Positions 1 to 9,346 of a DNA stretch of 64,000 nucleotides are shown in pieces. The notes beneath the pieces were generated by a model. That model saw nothing but the letters and a program-made list of their open reading frames with translations. It was not told where the DNA came from and made no database searches. Location: the IMG/VR virus record IMGVR_UViG_3300036715_003906, positions 1-64,000 of that record. The stretch is one strand, 5' to 3'. The position numbers were made by a program, and so were the translations under genes. How positions within the stretch are numbered: the first letter of the stretch is position 1; every line of letters begins with the position of its first letter.

Positions 1-121
1 GGGCCAACTCCCTGAGCAGGTGGTCGTAGCCCGTCGGTTCGGGCGGGGGCGGCGGGGGCGGCGGTGACGGGAGGCCGTCGTGGACGGCGCGGGGGCGCTT
101 CTGCTTTTCGGTGAGGGCCAT
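1..121 (-). CDS. 5' end of a hypothetical protein running off the window
   Basis: ATG at 121 (minus) preceded by TAGACT-cggggg, a TAnnnT -10 box 6 nt before the start; frame open to the window edge. Confidence 0.3.
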   Translation of the reverse strand, partial: MALTEKQKRPRAVHDGLPSPPPPPPPPEPTGYDHLLRELA

Positions 122-159
122 CCCCCGAGTCTAGCGCATCCTGTGCTACCCCTCCGCCC

Positions 160-480
160 GTGGATCGTTTCCGTGCCCGCCAGCGCCGTCAAACCCTCCG
201 GGAAGAGGCTATCGCCCACCTCGGGGGCCGGTGCCAGATCTGCGGGTACGATCGCTGTCCAGAGGCCCTGGAGTTCCACCACCTGGACCCCGGGGAAAAG
301 GACTTCACGATCAGCCGCAGGCTAGGCAAGCTCTCCGCCCTCCTCCCGGAACTGCGCAAGTGCGCCCTCCTCTGCGCCAACTGTCACCGGGAGGTCCACG
401 CCGGCCAGCATCCGCGCTTCCTCGCCCTCGACTACCAGGAGGGCGGGGGCCTCTACGACGACGATTCCGAGTCCTCGTAA
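160..480 (+). CDS. HNH endonuclease (small, Zn-binding)
   Basis: CQICGYDRC..LEFHHLDP..KC.LLCANCHREVH: CxxC, HH and CxxCH HNH signature. Confidence 0.85.
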   Translation: MDRFRARQRRQTLREEAIAHLGGRCQICGYDRCPEALEFHHLDPGEKDFTISRRLGKLSALLPELRKCALLCANCHREVHAGQHPRFLALDYQEGGGLYDDDSESS

Positions 481-677
481 TCCCCCGGGACGATTGCGTG
501 GACGTCCCCCCGCAGAATCCGCCAACGCTGGATCGCCCCTCCCCGCACCCTTTCGAGGAGCACCCCGGAGCCCCGCGCCCGGACCACCCTTCCCCGGTTC
601 AGGGTGGGCCCCCCTGGGCTCTCATCCCAGAACGAGACCCACACCCCCGCGGTGAGCTTTCTCCTCACTTCCCGCAT
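453..677 (-). CDS. hypothetical protein
   Basis: ATG 677 overlaps the end of the upstream SWIM gene; tail-to-tail overlap with the HNH gene. Confidence 0.4.
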   Translation of the reverse strand: MREVRRKLTAGVWVSFWDESPGGPTLNRGRVVRARGSGVLLERVRGGAIQRWRILRGDVHAIVPGDYEDSESSS

Positions 678-955
678 CTTTCGTAGAGGCCGCAGGCGAA
701 GATGTGCTTGCACTTCGACCCCCGTTCCATGTGGTCGGGGCAGGTGCAGGTGGAGGTCTTGTTCGCCCGGTTCACGGTCACCGTGTAGACCGCCTCGCCG
801 CCCTCGACCACGAACTGGTCGTCGCGGTACTCGTCGGGGGTCACGTTGGCGACCAGGGCGATGGCCTTCTCGATCCGGGTCCGGGCGGCGGGCATCTTGG
901 CGATCCAGAGGCGGGCGACGGTGCTGGCGGCGGAGGAGGGGGTCGAGGTGGTCAT
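665..955 (-). CDS. SWIM zinc-finger protein
   Basis: YTVTVN..STCTCPDH...CKHIFA (CxC-xn-CxH); start at 955 fixed by the promoter cassette. Confidence 0.8.
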   Translation of the reverse strand: MTTSTPSSAASTVARLWIAKMPAARTRIEKAIALVANVTPDEYRDDQFVVEGGEAVYTVTVNRANKTSTCTCPDHMERGSKCKHIFACGLYERCGK

Positions 956-988
956 GGAGCTACTACGCGGCCCCTCCCCGAGAATCAA
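956..988 (-). promoter_or_regulatory. class I promoter cassette (P1)
   Basis: TTGATT-17nt-TAGTAG-ctcc-ATG on the minus strand. Confidence 0.8.
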
Positions 989-1017
989 AAGCCGCCCGTC
1001 GATTTCTTTTCGGCCCG

Positions 1018-1215
1018 CTATTTCAGCGGGCACCCGACGCGCTCGGCGGCCTTCACGGCCTCGTCGAAGCTCCCGTACCTCGTCCGTCGCCCCCCGCCCC
1101 GGGAGAGGTAGTCGTTGCCCCCCAGGTCATGGAAGAGGGGGTAGCGGTGGGACCCCATTCCCCCCTCGTGGCACTTGCCGCCGCACTCGCACGACTCGAA
1201 CCGAAGGCGTCTCCT
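1018..1215 (-). CDS. small Cys/His-rich hypothetical protein; start codon reads AGG
   Basis: GGTGTA at 1226-1231, then 10 nt, then in-frame AGG; CECGGKCH motif. Confidence 0.45.
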   Translation of the reverse strand, partial: RRRLRFESCECGGKCHEGGMGSHRYPLFHDLGGNDYLSRGGGRRTRYGSFDEAVKAAERVGCPLK

Positions 1216-1232
1216 ACCCCCGCCGTACACCG

Positions 1233-1547
1233 TCACGGGGCGATGGCGGGGGGTAACGGAGCCACCCCGATGAGCCTCCCGTAGACGTGTTTTTCAAGAG
1301 TCCAGCCGTTACAGTGGCCGTGGTTATTTGAAATCTGCAAGAGCTTGCCCTTCCGGGCCGTGCCGAGGTGGAGGAACTTCCGCCCCCGTACCTTGCAGAA
1401 CACGATGTCCCCGACGTCCGCGTCCGCCCCGAGGACGGGGGCCCCCGGGACGAGCTGGCCCGAGTAGACCCGGGGGGTCATCGAGTTTCCGTGGGGACAA
1501 AAAGAGACGGTTTCGCCGGCTTTCAGGCGGTCGTTCTGGTTTTGCAT
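1233..1547 (-). CDS. S24/S26 peptidase-like protein
   Basis: HGNSMTP (catalytic Ser), GDIVFCKV, FLHL, GHCNGW pattern of small S24-like proteins. Confidence 0.65.
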   Translation of the reverse strand: MQNQNDRLKAGETVSFCPHGNSMTPRVYSGQLVPGAPVLGADADVGDIVFCKVRGRKFLHLGTARKGKLLQISNNHGHCNGWTLEKHVYGRLIGVAPLPPAIAP

Positions 1548-1591
1548 GAGACCCGGACGATCGACCTTTGGAAAAATCGACAGGGCCGCTT

Positions 1592-1624
1592 TTGATTCCG
1601 AGGGGGGCGCTGCGTAGTACCCCC
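1592..1624 (+). promoter_or_regulatory. class I promoter cassette (P2)
   Basis: TTGATT-17nt-TAGTAC-cccc-ATG; upstream AAATCGAC shared with P1. Confidence 0.85.
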
Positions 1625-1822
1625 ATGACCACGACGACCGCCACCCCGCCCCGGACCCGCCCCCTCTGCCCCTGCTGCTCGCAGCGGATGACGTCCGACG
1701 AGGACACCGTGCTCCTCTCGGGCGTCGGCTACCACTCCGACTGCGTGGCCGAGGTGAACGCGGACCTCGACGCCCGGGACGCCGACCTCGACCTCGACCC
1801 GGACTACCTGGCGGCCGTCTGA
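1625..1822 (+). CDS. small Zn-binding hypothetical protein
   Basis: Leaderless start after P2; CPCC...HxxC motif, acidic tail. Confidence 0.6.
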   Translation: MTTTTATPPRTRPLCPCCSQRMTSDEDTVLLSGVGYHSDCVAEVNADLDARDADLDLDPDYLAAV

Positions 1823-1836
1823 GTCCCTCGGCGCCC

Positions 1837-2241
1837 ATGCGGGGCGTCGAATCCCAACCGTTGGGCTTCCCGGTGGAGGCAACGGCCGAGCAGTTCCGGG
1901 CCCTCGCCCGGGTCCAGGTCAGCAAGGACGACCTCCGTAAGTTCGTCCGCTCGGTCTTCCGCCCCAAGGTCATCGAGGGTGGCCCCCTCGACCCGACGGA
2001 GGAAGCGGAGAACGACTGCGATAGGCTGCTCGGGAAGATCATCCCGCTCTTCGAGGGCGGTCGGGGGAACGACCTCCCCGGGGTCGCCGGCACGGCGTGG
2101 GGCGCCTACAATAGCTTGAACGAATATCTCGCTTACGAACGCGGGAATAATGACGCAACCCGGCTGGATTCCATGTGGTTTGGGGACTCGGCCCGCCTCA
2201 ATGAGCGCGCCCTGAAGGTCGCCCTGGCGATGGTCGGCTGA
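1837..2241 (+). pseudogene. C-terminal fragment of a DUF932 (LGT_TIGR03299-like) phage protein
   Basis: GTAWGAYNSLNEYL...RLDSMWFG..ARLNERAL matches the DUF932 C-terminus; N-terminal part absent. Confidence 0.65.
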
Positions 2242-2305
2242 ACAACTCCCCTGCGAAGGGGGTAGCCGCGACGAGAAGGACCCCACGGTACACCCCGTCG
2301 ACCTC

Positions 2306-2919
2306 GTGCGCTTCATGATGAGCACGGGCCTCTTTGACGAGGAGACCGAAGGGGGCCCGGGCCTCGTCGGAGCCTTCACCGAAGGGGACCCCGCGTGGCG
2401 GGTCCTCCTCGGCACGGGCGAGAACGCCTCGGGCAAGAGCCCGGTCCGCCGGCTCATCAGCGCCATCTGCCAGCGGCAGAAGAAGGTCGAGCACATCGTG
2501 ACCAGCCTGGAGGCCAAGACCCATCACAGCGACGCCCCCTGGCTCGCCATGGTCTACGGCTCCGAAGCGTGGTCGGCGACGGGACAGAACTCGGCCCACC
2601 TCATCCTCGGCGGGATCCGTACAGCCAGGGGGCGGGAGACGCCCCACGTCCTCACCTGGGACGAGCCCGAGCTGGGGCTGAGTGAAGGCGCCCAGCTTGC
2701 CGCCGGAGAGGCTTTTGCTGACCTTGGGCGGGCCCCAGGAGCGCACACGAGGGTGATGGCCCTGGTCACCCACAGCCGACACATCGGAAGGGCTCTCCTG
2801 CCCCTCCGGCCACCCTGGAGGACTGGCTCCAGGCCCCGCTCGTCCCCCGCCCCCTGGAGGACCTCGAGAGCGCCGGCCACGCGCGCTTCCGCCGGGTCTC
2901 GGCGATCCTGAAAGAGTGA
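2306..2919 (+). CDS. ABC/AAA-type ATPase, frameshifted near the 3' end
   Basis: Walker A GENASGKS, Walker B LTWDEPELGLS, H-loop LVTHS; natural-looking stop at 2917-2919 in another frame. Confidence 0.65.
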
Positions 2920-2928
2920 CGGGGGCTT

Positions 2929-2961
2929 TTGCTTCTCGCCCTCCACGCGCGTAGTACCGCC
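2929..2961 (+). promoter_or_regulatory. class I promoter cassette (P3)
   Basis: TTGCTT-17nt-TAGTAC-cgcc-AGG. Confidence 0.7.
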
Positions 2962-3276
2962 AGGGCCACGCAAACCGACCCCAAGGGCATCCCTCACGAC
3001 TACGACGCGGAGTACTTCAAGACCGCGAAGCGACCCACCGAAGCCCTCCAGGTGAAGGTGGGGGACATCGTGGAGTGGACCAAATACTTCCTCAAGAGCA
3101 CGGGCCACGGGCCCACCCATCCCGCCTGGCGTCTCCAGGGTCGGGTCGAGAGCCTCTGCGACGAGGGCGCTTTCAAGGGCTGGCCCCGGGTCCTCTGGGC
3201 CGGCCGCGACGAGGCGAACCTCGTCTGCCCCGTCACCCTCTGTTTCCCCGGCGCGAACCTGCGCCGCCTGGAGTAA
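2962..3276 (+). CDS. hypothetical protein (start reads AGG)
   Basis: ORF in frame from the cassette start position; KVGDIV SH3-like segment. Confidence 0.6.
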   Translation, partial: RATQTDPKGIPHDYDAEYFKTAKRPTEALQVKVGDIVEWTKYFLKSTGHGPTHPAWRLQGRVESLCDEGAFKGWPRVLWAGRDEANLVCPVTLCFPGANLRRLE

Positions 3277-3531
3277 CCCTGCCCGTGCCCGTTCGGCGAC
3301 TCGTGAGCGCCTGCTCGACTTCGTTTTCCCCGAACGAGTGGCGCCCTCGCCGACCCCGTTCCCGGAGTTCCCCGAGCCCCGGGGGATTCGGCCGGGGGAG
3401 CTGATCGTGTTCGTGTCGCCCGACCGACGGAAGGCGCCCACCACGGAGTTCCGCATCGACTTCCGCGTGGAGTTCAGCAGGGAGTTTACGACGGGCTGAA
3501 CGACGACGAGTGATAAAGATCCGGGGGGCTT

Positions 3532-3564
3532 TTGATTCCCGACCAGCTCCCGCGTAGTAGCCAC
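3532..3564 (+). promoter_or_regulatory. class I promoter cassette (P4)
   Basis: TTGATT-17nt-TAGTAG-ccac-AGG. Confidence 0.8.
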
Positions 3565-3837
3565 AGGACCCCCCTGAACGCCTCCCTCGGGCAGCAGCAC
3601 GCGATGGACTTCCTCACCGGCCCGTTGCCGTTGCCCCCCATCTCCGAGGATACCTGCACCCTCACCTTTTGGGCGAGTCACGCCATCGGGGCGTGCCGGG
3701 CAGACCTGACCCTGGAGTCTCCCGGGGAGGATTGTAAATTCTGCCTGATGGCCTACCTTTCGGCCTACCAGGCCACCTGCGCGACTTTCTACCAGATGTC
3801 CTGGCAGATGTTTGATTCCGGACGTCCCCCCGCGTAG
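3565..3837 (+). CDS. hypothetical protein (start reads AGG)
   Basis: In frame from P4; its stop TAG is the -10 box of P5. Confidence 0.45.
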   Translation, partial: RTPLNASLGQQHAMDFLTGPLPLPPISEDTCTLTFWASHAIGACRADLTLESPGEDCKFCLMAYLSAYQATCATFYQMSWQMFDSGRPPA

Positions 3838-3844
3838 TACCCCC
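3812..3844 (+). promoter_or_regulatory. class I promoter cassette (P5)
   Basis: TTGATT-17nt-TAGTAC-cccc-ATG. Confidence 0.85.
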
Positions 3845-4135
3845 ATGCGCCTGACCCGCTACCAGATTCCCAAAGCCCCGTTCTACATCCTCGGCTGGGC
3901 CGCGGACCCCAGCGCGGTCTACCGCACGAGCCGCTACATCGTCCCCGCGGCTTCGGCCGCGGAGGCAGAGAAGCTCAAGGGGGAGGTCGAGGCGGCCCTC
4001 GGGACCCACAAGGGCTCGGTCATTGTCTCGATCGAGACCGAGAAGCCCGAACTGCGCAAGGGCGTCTGGTACGCCCTGGGGATGCCCCCCGTCTTCCGCT
4101 TAGCGGTCTCGCATGGTGTACGGGAGGCCCCATGA
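3845..4135 (+). CDS. hypothetical protein
   Basis: Leaderless ATG after P5; ATGA overlap with the next gene. Confidence 0.7.
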   Translation: MRLTRYQIPKAPFYILGWAADPSAVYRTSRYIVPAASAAEAEKLKGEVEAALGTHKGSVIVSIETEKPELRKGVWYALGMPPVFRLAVSHGVREAP

Positions 4136-4635
4136 AAGAGACATGGCGCCCCATCCCGGGCATCCCGGGCTACGAAGCCAGCGACCGTGGTCGCGTGCGG
4201 TCCTGGGTCAAACGGCAGGGGGTCCGGCGAGACAGGCCCCTCCTCCGCAAGCCCGTCGAGAACAAGCAGCGAGGCTGCTACCAGCTCATGAACTTCTCGA
4301 CCCCCCGCGGCGTGGTGAGGCGCTACGTCCACCATGTCGTCCTCCGGGCCTTCGGTAAACCGGGCAGGAGGGGGCAAGAGGTCCGACACCTCGACGGCAA
4401 CAACCGCAACAACCGCCTCGACAACCTGAAATGGGGGACGCACCGGGTCAACATGCGCGACCAGGTCGCCCACGGGACCCACACGAAGGGCCACCGGAAC
4501 GGCAACGCCAAGCTCACCCCCCGGCAGGTAGCCGCCATCCGCCGGAGCCCGGCGACGGGGCGCTCTCTGGCCGAGGAGTACGGCGTCCACCCCTCGACCA
4601 TCGCCCGGGTAAAGACGGGGCAGCGGTATGTCTAA
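4132..4635 (+). CDS. NUMOD4/HNH homing endonuclease with C-terminal HTH
   Basis: ETWRPIPGIPGYEASDRGRVRS (NUMOD4), VRHLDGN..NNRLDNL.WGT..N (HNH_3), LAEEYGVHPSTI HTH. Confidence 0.9.
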   Translation: MKETWRPIPGIPGYEASDRGRVRSWVKRQGVRRDRPLLRKPVENKQRGCYQLMNFSTPRGVVRRYVHHVVLRAFGKPGRRGQEVRHLDGNNRNNRLDNLKWGTHRVNMRDQVAHGTHTKGHRNGNAKLTPRQVAAIRRSPATGRSLAEEYGVHPSTIARVKTGQRYV

Positions 4636-5479
4636 GCCCCTCTTCAAATGGGCCGGCGGCAAGACCCGGCTCCTGCCCCACCTGCTCGCGATCCTGCCCG
4701 AGCGGGTCCATGCCTACTACGAGCCCTTCCTCGGGGGCGCGGCCGTGTTCTTCGCCCTCCAGCGGGAAGGTCGGTTCGAGCGCGCCCACCTCTCCGACAA
4801 GAACCCGGTGCTCACGAGCTTTTACAGCGTCATCCGGGGCGCCCCCGCGATGTTCTCGTCCCGGCTCGCCGCCCTCCTGCCCGCCTACCAGGAGAACCCC
4901 GAGGCGACCTTCCTCGCCTGGCGGGAGCGGTTCAACCGCAGGGACACGGACGCCATCACGCAGGCCGCCCTCTTCCTGGCCCTCAACAAGTCCTGCTTCA
5001 ATGGGCTCTACCGGGTCAACCGCTACGGACGCTTCAATGTCCCCTGGGGCAAGGAGCCCGTCCTGTCCCTCCCGACGGCGGAGGAAGTCGAGGCGGCCGG
5101 CCGGGCCCTCCTCGACGTGGGGATCGGGAACCTGGACTTCGAGGCGGCCACCAAGGACGCGGCCCCCGGCTCCCTCGTCTACCTCGACCCGCCCTACGTC
5201 CCCGCCAGCGACACGGCAGACTTCGTGGGCTACGCGGCCGGGGGCTTCGGTCTCGACGAGCACAAGAGGGTCGCCCGGGTCGCCCGGGAGCTTGCCCACC
5301 GGGGGGTGCAGGTCGTCGCGTCCAACGCCGACGTCCCCCTGGTCCGTGAGCTGTACGAGGGCTTCACCTTCACCCCCCTCTCTGTCCAGCGCTCAATCAG
5401 CGCCCGGGCCGGGAGCCGCGTCACCGTCGGGGAGGTCATCCTCACGAGCTACCCCACGAAGTGCGCCCGCGCGGTGTAG
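4628..5479 (+). CDS. dam: Dam-family (D12 class) DNA adenine methyltransferase
   Basis: KWAGGK, YEPFLGGAAVF, FNGLYRVN..G.FNVPWG, YLDPPY. Confidence 0.92.
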   Translation: MSKPLFKWAGGKTRLLPHLLAILPERVHAYYEPFLGGAAVFFALQREGRFERAHLSDKNPVLTSFYSVIRGAPAMFSSRLAALLPAYQENPEATFLAWRERFNRRDTDAITQAALFLALNKSCFNGLYRVNRYGRFNVPWGKEPVLSLPTAEEVEAAGRALLDVGIGNLDFEAATKDAAPGSLVYLDPPYVPASDTADFVGYAAGGFGLDEHKRVARVARELAHRGVQVVASNADVPLVRELYEGFTFTPLSVQRSISARAGSRVTVGEVILTSYPTKCARAV

Positions 5480-5491
5480 CCGGGGGGGGGC

Positions 5492-5881
5492 AGGGGACAA
5501 TCCACGCTCACCTGCGCTATGAGCGGGCTCGCCATCGAGCCCGGCTGCCAGGTCAGGTTCTACTTCCTGACCCAGAACATCTACGGCAACGACCTCGGCC
5601 CCGTCACCTACGGGGCCTGGGCTCCCCGGTCCCTCCCTTTTCGGGTCCGCTACCGGGGCTACGGGGACATCGAGGCGCCCGAGCCCGAGGATGAACGGAT
5701 CGCCAAGGTCGCGGCGGAGTGCTTTGACCTCGACATCCTCTCCCGGGGCTGGGGGGAGAACACGGTTCACGACGTGCCGACCCGCAAGGGCAGGATCCTG
5801 CCCCAGCTCGTCGAGGCTGCCTGGAACGCCTCCAGGTTCACGAGTTTGAGCACGGCCCGCTGCGCCGCTGGCCCCCCGTGA
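5492..5881 (+). CDS. hypothetical phage protein (start reads AGG; ATG at 5519 is internal)
   Basis: GGTGTA at 5473-5478 followed by in-frame AGG-GQSTLTCAMSGLAI. Confidence 0.5.
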   Translation, partial: RGQSTLTCAMSGLAIEPGCQVRFYFLTQNIYGNDLGPVTYGAWAPRSLPFRVRYRGYGDIEAPEPEDERIAKVAAECFDLDILSRGWGENTVHDVPTRKGRILPQLVEAAWNASRFTSLSTARCAAGPP

Positions 5882-6675
5882 TCGTGCCGAAGGGTGTCCC
5901 GACCCTGGCCCGCCTCCACAAGCACCTTGCCCCCCACGCGGCCGAATACGGGGGGCTCGGGGAGTCCCCGGGCTACCTGCTCCGCCGGGAGGGCTACGGC
6001 CACTACAGCGTCTCCTGGGCGGGCGGGGAGGGCGGGGAGGACGGCGCGGATAGGGAGCACCTCGCCCGCTTCCTGGCGGCGCTCCGCTTCGAGTACGATG
6101 TCGAGCCCGAGCAGACCGGCCCGGACTCGGGCAAGCTCCATGTGGGGCCCCGGCAGGGCATCTCGGCGCACCTGCCGCCGATCCGCTCCCCCTTCCTGTC
6201 CGTGTCCTTCGCCCTCGTCCGGGAGGACATCTGGCAGGCGCTCACGACGGGGCCCACCTACCTCGGGGTGACCATGAACGACTTCCTGAACGACGTGCGG
6301 ACCTTCGCCCGCGCGATCCGGGAGACGGGCCCGGGCGCGGTCCCCTACTACCGCGATTCCTTCGCCTGGACCGGCCCGGCGTCCCAGGTTTACAGCCACG
6401 ACACGGTCGACAGGGCCGTCGGGCTGGCGACGCACTTCCACCGACTCTGCCTGAGCACCCCCGAGGCCGAGGAGGAAGGGCTCCTCCGGGTCGCGGCCGA
6501 GACCGCCCTCCTCTGGCGCGGGTTCCTGTCCGCTCGCCGCCTGTGGCCCCCCAGCTCCGCGGTCGCGGCCCGCGGGTCCGGCCAGCGGCTCGTCGAGTTC
6601 GACTACCTCGACCGCATCCACCGGGTCGCGGGGGCCAGGCGGGATGCCGAGGTCAAGGTCAGGGTGCAGCCGTGA
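5878..6675 (+). CDS. hypothetical protein (possibly the 3' part of the preceding gene)
   Basis: 265-aa ORF with GC3-rich codon usage; GTGA overlap. Confidence 0.55.
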   Translation: MIVPKGVPTLARLHKHLAPHAAEYGGLGESPGYLLRREGYGHYSVSWAGGEGGEDGADREHLARFLAALRFEYDVEPEQTGPDSGKLHVGPRQGISAHLPPIRSPFLSVSFALVREDIWQALTTGPTYLGVTMNDFLNDVRTFARAIRETGPGAVPYYRDSFAWTGPASQVYSHDTVDRAVGLATHFHRLCLSTPEAEEEGLLRVAAETALLWRGFLSARRLWPPSSAVAARGSGQRLVEFDYLDRIHRVAGARRDAEVKVRVQP

Positions 6676-6838
6676 TCACCTTCCGCGCGAGGTATCACCA
6701 GGACTTCCAGGGTGTGATCTTCGACAGGGGCCAGGTCGTCTGGGTCGCCGGAGCCGTGGAAGCCGTCTTCACCGCGGACACCTTCCTGGATGCTCGCCAG
6801 AGGGTCCTCCGCGGGATGGAACGGATCTGGGGTGATCG

Positions 6839-7033
6839 ATGAGCATGGCCCCCAACAGCCCCGACGGCCGCCGCCTGGTCGTCAGGATCCCCGCCGGGGA
6901 CGGGCTCGTGGACGGGCCGAGCACGAACGGCCCGGGCTGGACCTGCACCGTGCCCCAGATCACCGTCCGGCCCAGCATCGCTCAGCCCGGCTACCACGGG
7001 GGGCTCACGGAGGGGGTCCTGCTCGACGCCTGA
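6839..7033 (+). CDS. small hypothetical protein (DUF6527-like C-terminus)
   Basis: WTCTVPQITVRPSI...YHGGLTEGVL pattern; ATGA coupling. Confidence 0.45.
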   Translation: MSMAPNSPDGRRLVVRIPAGDGLVDGPSTNGPGWTCTVPQITVRPSIAQPGYHGGLTEGVLLDA

Positions 7034-7083
7034 CGAAAGGGTGTCAGAGGGGGTCCCGGGGGGGGACTCTGGCGGGTCGATGT

Positions 7084-9264
7084 TCAAGAACAGGACCCCC
7101 CACGCGATCGTCCGCCAGACGCACGGAAGCGGGCGAGGAGGCTCGCCATGATGTTCCGCGTCCCGAGCTTGGCAAAGAGCCGGTCAAAGATCGGGGCGAT
7201 GTCCCTCTCGAACCGCGCGTCGTCGATGTACACGTCCTGCTCGTAGGTGAGCCAGGTGAGCCAGGGGTTCACGATGCCCGCCTTGGACAGCTTCGTGTAG
7301 ACGTATTGCTCACACATGCGAGCCCAGACCTCGGCCGCGCTCTGGTAGTAGAAGAGCTTGCGATCGTCCCCGCCTGCGTTCTCCCGGTAGACCCGCTCGG
7401 CCTCCTTGACCAGCTCGGGCGGGAACTGGGACTTGTACCTCTGGGCGTCCGTCCAGCCTGCATCCTTGGCGTCGTAGTAGGGGTGGTCCGTGGGCAGGTC
7501 GTAGACGCTCATCCCCGTCAGGTTCTTGACCGCCTGGGCCATGCTGTCGGCGTGGGCATTGGTCAGCTTGTCCTCCCACCGGGCATAGTCGGGCGTGTTC
7601 GTCACGGCCGCCATGAGGTCGAAGGCTTCGGGGAGCATCGTATGCAGGGCGTCCTGCCGCTTGTTGTACGTACCCTCGACGTAGCTCTCGGCGAAATACT
7701 CCGCCGAAGCTCGCCCGAAGATGTCCCCGGGACCTCCCGAGAACGGGTACTTGCTCGTCTCGCCCTTCTCCTCGTTCATCCTCGTGTCGAGCTTGAACGC
7801 GATCAGGTCCTCGAAATAGTGGCTCAGCTCGTGGGCAAGCACGCCTTCGTACTCGTCGCCGAAGGTCACCCGCGGCTGCCACTCCCGCTTGTCGTCCCAG
7901 GCGAAGTAGTGTGCCTTGGCCATGACGTTCGACTTGCCTCCGAACCGGAAGGCCAGCTTCTTCTTGTGCTTGCCGCAGAAGCCCTTGCCGAAGATCCCCT
8001 CCAGGTCCGTGATGGCCCGGGAGACGCGCCCGAGGAGGACCTCGCTCTCTTCCGGCGGCATCCCGTCGGGCAGCTCGACCGCACCGGTGTCGTGCGCCGC
8101 CCGAAATTCCTCCGTCTTCATGGGCTTGAAGTAGAGGGGTACGAGCGGCACGCCCTCCTTGATGGCCTTGTTCTTCTGGAGGGAGTCGAAGACCGGCTTG
8201 AGGTCCTCGTTGAGCGCCCTGCTCACGATCCCCTTGTCCGAGGCTTCCCCGATGATCCGCTGGACGGTCTCCAGCGTCTTCGCCTTACGGAGAAGGGTCA
8301 CGAACTTCCCGGCGTCGCGTGGGAGGGGCGCCTTGTCCTCTTTCCAGTTGTCCCTCTTCCCGGGCGAGAGCCGCAGGCTTTGTTGGTGCTTCGCCGAGGA
8401 GATGAACGACTTGATAGCCGCCTCGACGACGAACTGCGTCCCGCCGTCGACATCCATCTTCGCTTCCCGCTTGAGCACGTCCTCCAGGGGCTCCCGCTCG
8501 CCCTTCTGGGACTCGAGGATGCCCCTGTTGACCCCGGTCTCCCGCAGGACCTTACGGAGCGCGCGGCTGGCGTTCTCGCACATCGCTCGCTTCTCCTCCG
8601 GGCTCTTGCCCGAGGTGCCGGCAGCCTCGAACTGGGCATGGATGTCGGCGAGGGTCTTGCGGACACCGGCCTTCTCCTCCTCGGTCATGTCGAACCATGC
8701 GCCGGGGTTCTCGTCCTCGTGGGGCGTCAGCGACAAGCTCTTGGAAGATCCCTTCCCGAGCTGGATGACCTTGCGGAGAAGGGTCTTCATCTGCGTCGGG
8801 ATGACCGACAACTTCAGGATCATCTGGAAGAAGGCTGTGAAGTCCTCCCCGTAGGTTGCCTCGTCCCCCTCGGCGATGCCCCTGGTTTCCCGGAGGAGCC
8901 GCATCACGGCGGGCGACAGCTCGTTGCGGGGCAAGTGACGGAAGCCCCGGATGACCTTGACCGCTTGGGCGAGGGCTTGCCGGTCCTGACGAGCCGTGAG
9001 CTTGGAAACAGCCCGGAGCGCGTGGGCTGAGGGTTCGAGCCCCGTCCCGTACCTCCCCTCGTCCATTCCGTCCGCCAGCGCGCCGCACGCCGTCGTGAAG
9101 GTGTCGTGGTACTGCCGTCGAAGGGTCAAGAACTTCTTGATCTCCTTCTCGTCGTAGAATGGATTTTGGACGATGACGTTCTGGGCGACGAGGAGCGCGA
9201 TGCCACCCATGATAGCCTCCACTTCCTGGACGGACGTGTCGCGCTCGTAGTTGTAGTCTGCCAT
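7084..9264 (-). CDS. polyvalent-type protein: zincin metallopeptidase plus LPD1-like domain
   Basis: LAHELSHYFE (HExxH), YYQSAAEVWARMCEQYV (LPD1-like E.xAR.E motif); SD GGAGG; C-terminal SLLARFRA tag. Confidence 0.7.
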   Translation of the reverse strand: MADYNYERDTSVQEVEAIMGGIALLVAQNVIVQNPFYDEKEIKKFLTLRRQYHDTFTTACGALADGMDEGRYGTGLEPSAHALRAVSKLTARQDRQALAQAVKVIRGFRHLPRNELSPAVMRLLRETRGIAEGDEATYGEDFTAFFQMILKLSVIPTQMKTLLRKVIQLGKGSSKSLSLTPHEDENPGAWFDMTEEEKAGVRKTLADIHAQFEAAGTSGKSPEEKRAMCENASRALRKVLRETGVNRGILESQKGEREPLEDVLKREAKMDVDGGTQFVVEAAIKSFISSAKHQQSLRLSPGKRDNWKEDKAPLPRDAGKFVTLLRKAKTLETVQRIIGEASDKGIVSRALNEDLKPVFDSLQKNKAIKEGVPLVPLYFKPMKTEEFRAAHDTGAVELPDGMPPEESEVLLGRVSRAITDLEGIFGKGFCGKHKKKLAFRFGGKSNVMAKAHYFAWDDKREWQPRVTFGDEYEGVLAHELSHYFEDLIAFKLDTRMNEEKGETSKYPFSGGPGDIFGRASAEYFAESYVEGTYNKRQDALHTMLPEAFDLMAAVTNTPDYARWEDKLTNAHADSMAQAVKNLTGMSVYDLPTDHPYYDAKDAGWTDAQRYKSQFPPELVKEAERVYRENAGGDDRKLFYYQSAAEVWARMCEQYVYTKLSKAGIVNPWLTWLTYEQDVYIDDARFERDIAPIFDRLFAKLGTRNIMASLLARFRASGGRSRGGSCS

Positions 9265-9313
9265 CCCTCCTGCGAGGTCACAGAAGCATTAGGCTCATTT
9301 GTGGGGGAGGGGT

Positions 9314-9346
9314 TTTATTCTCGGGGGGCCCCCGCGTAGTAGCTCC
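9314..9346 (+). promoter_or_regulatory. class I promoter cassette (P6)
   Basis: TTTATT-17nt-TAGTAG-ctcc-ATG. Confidence 0.75.
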
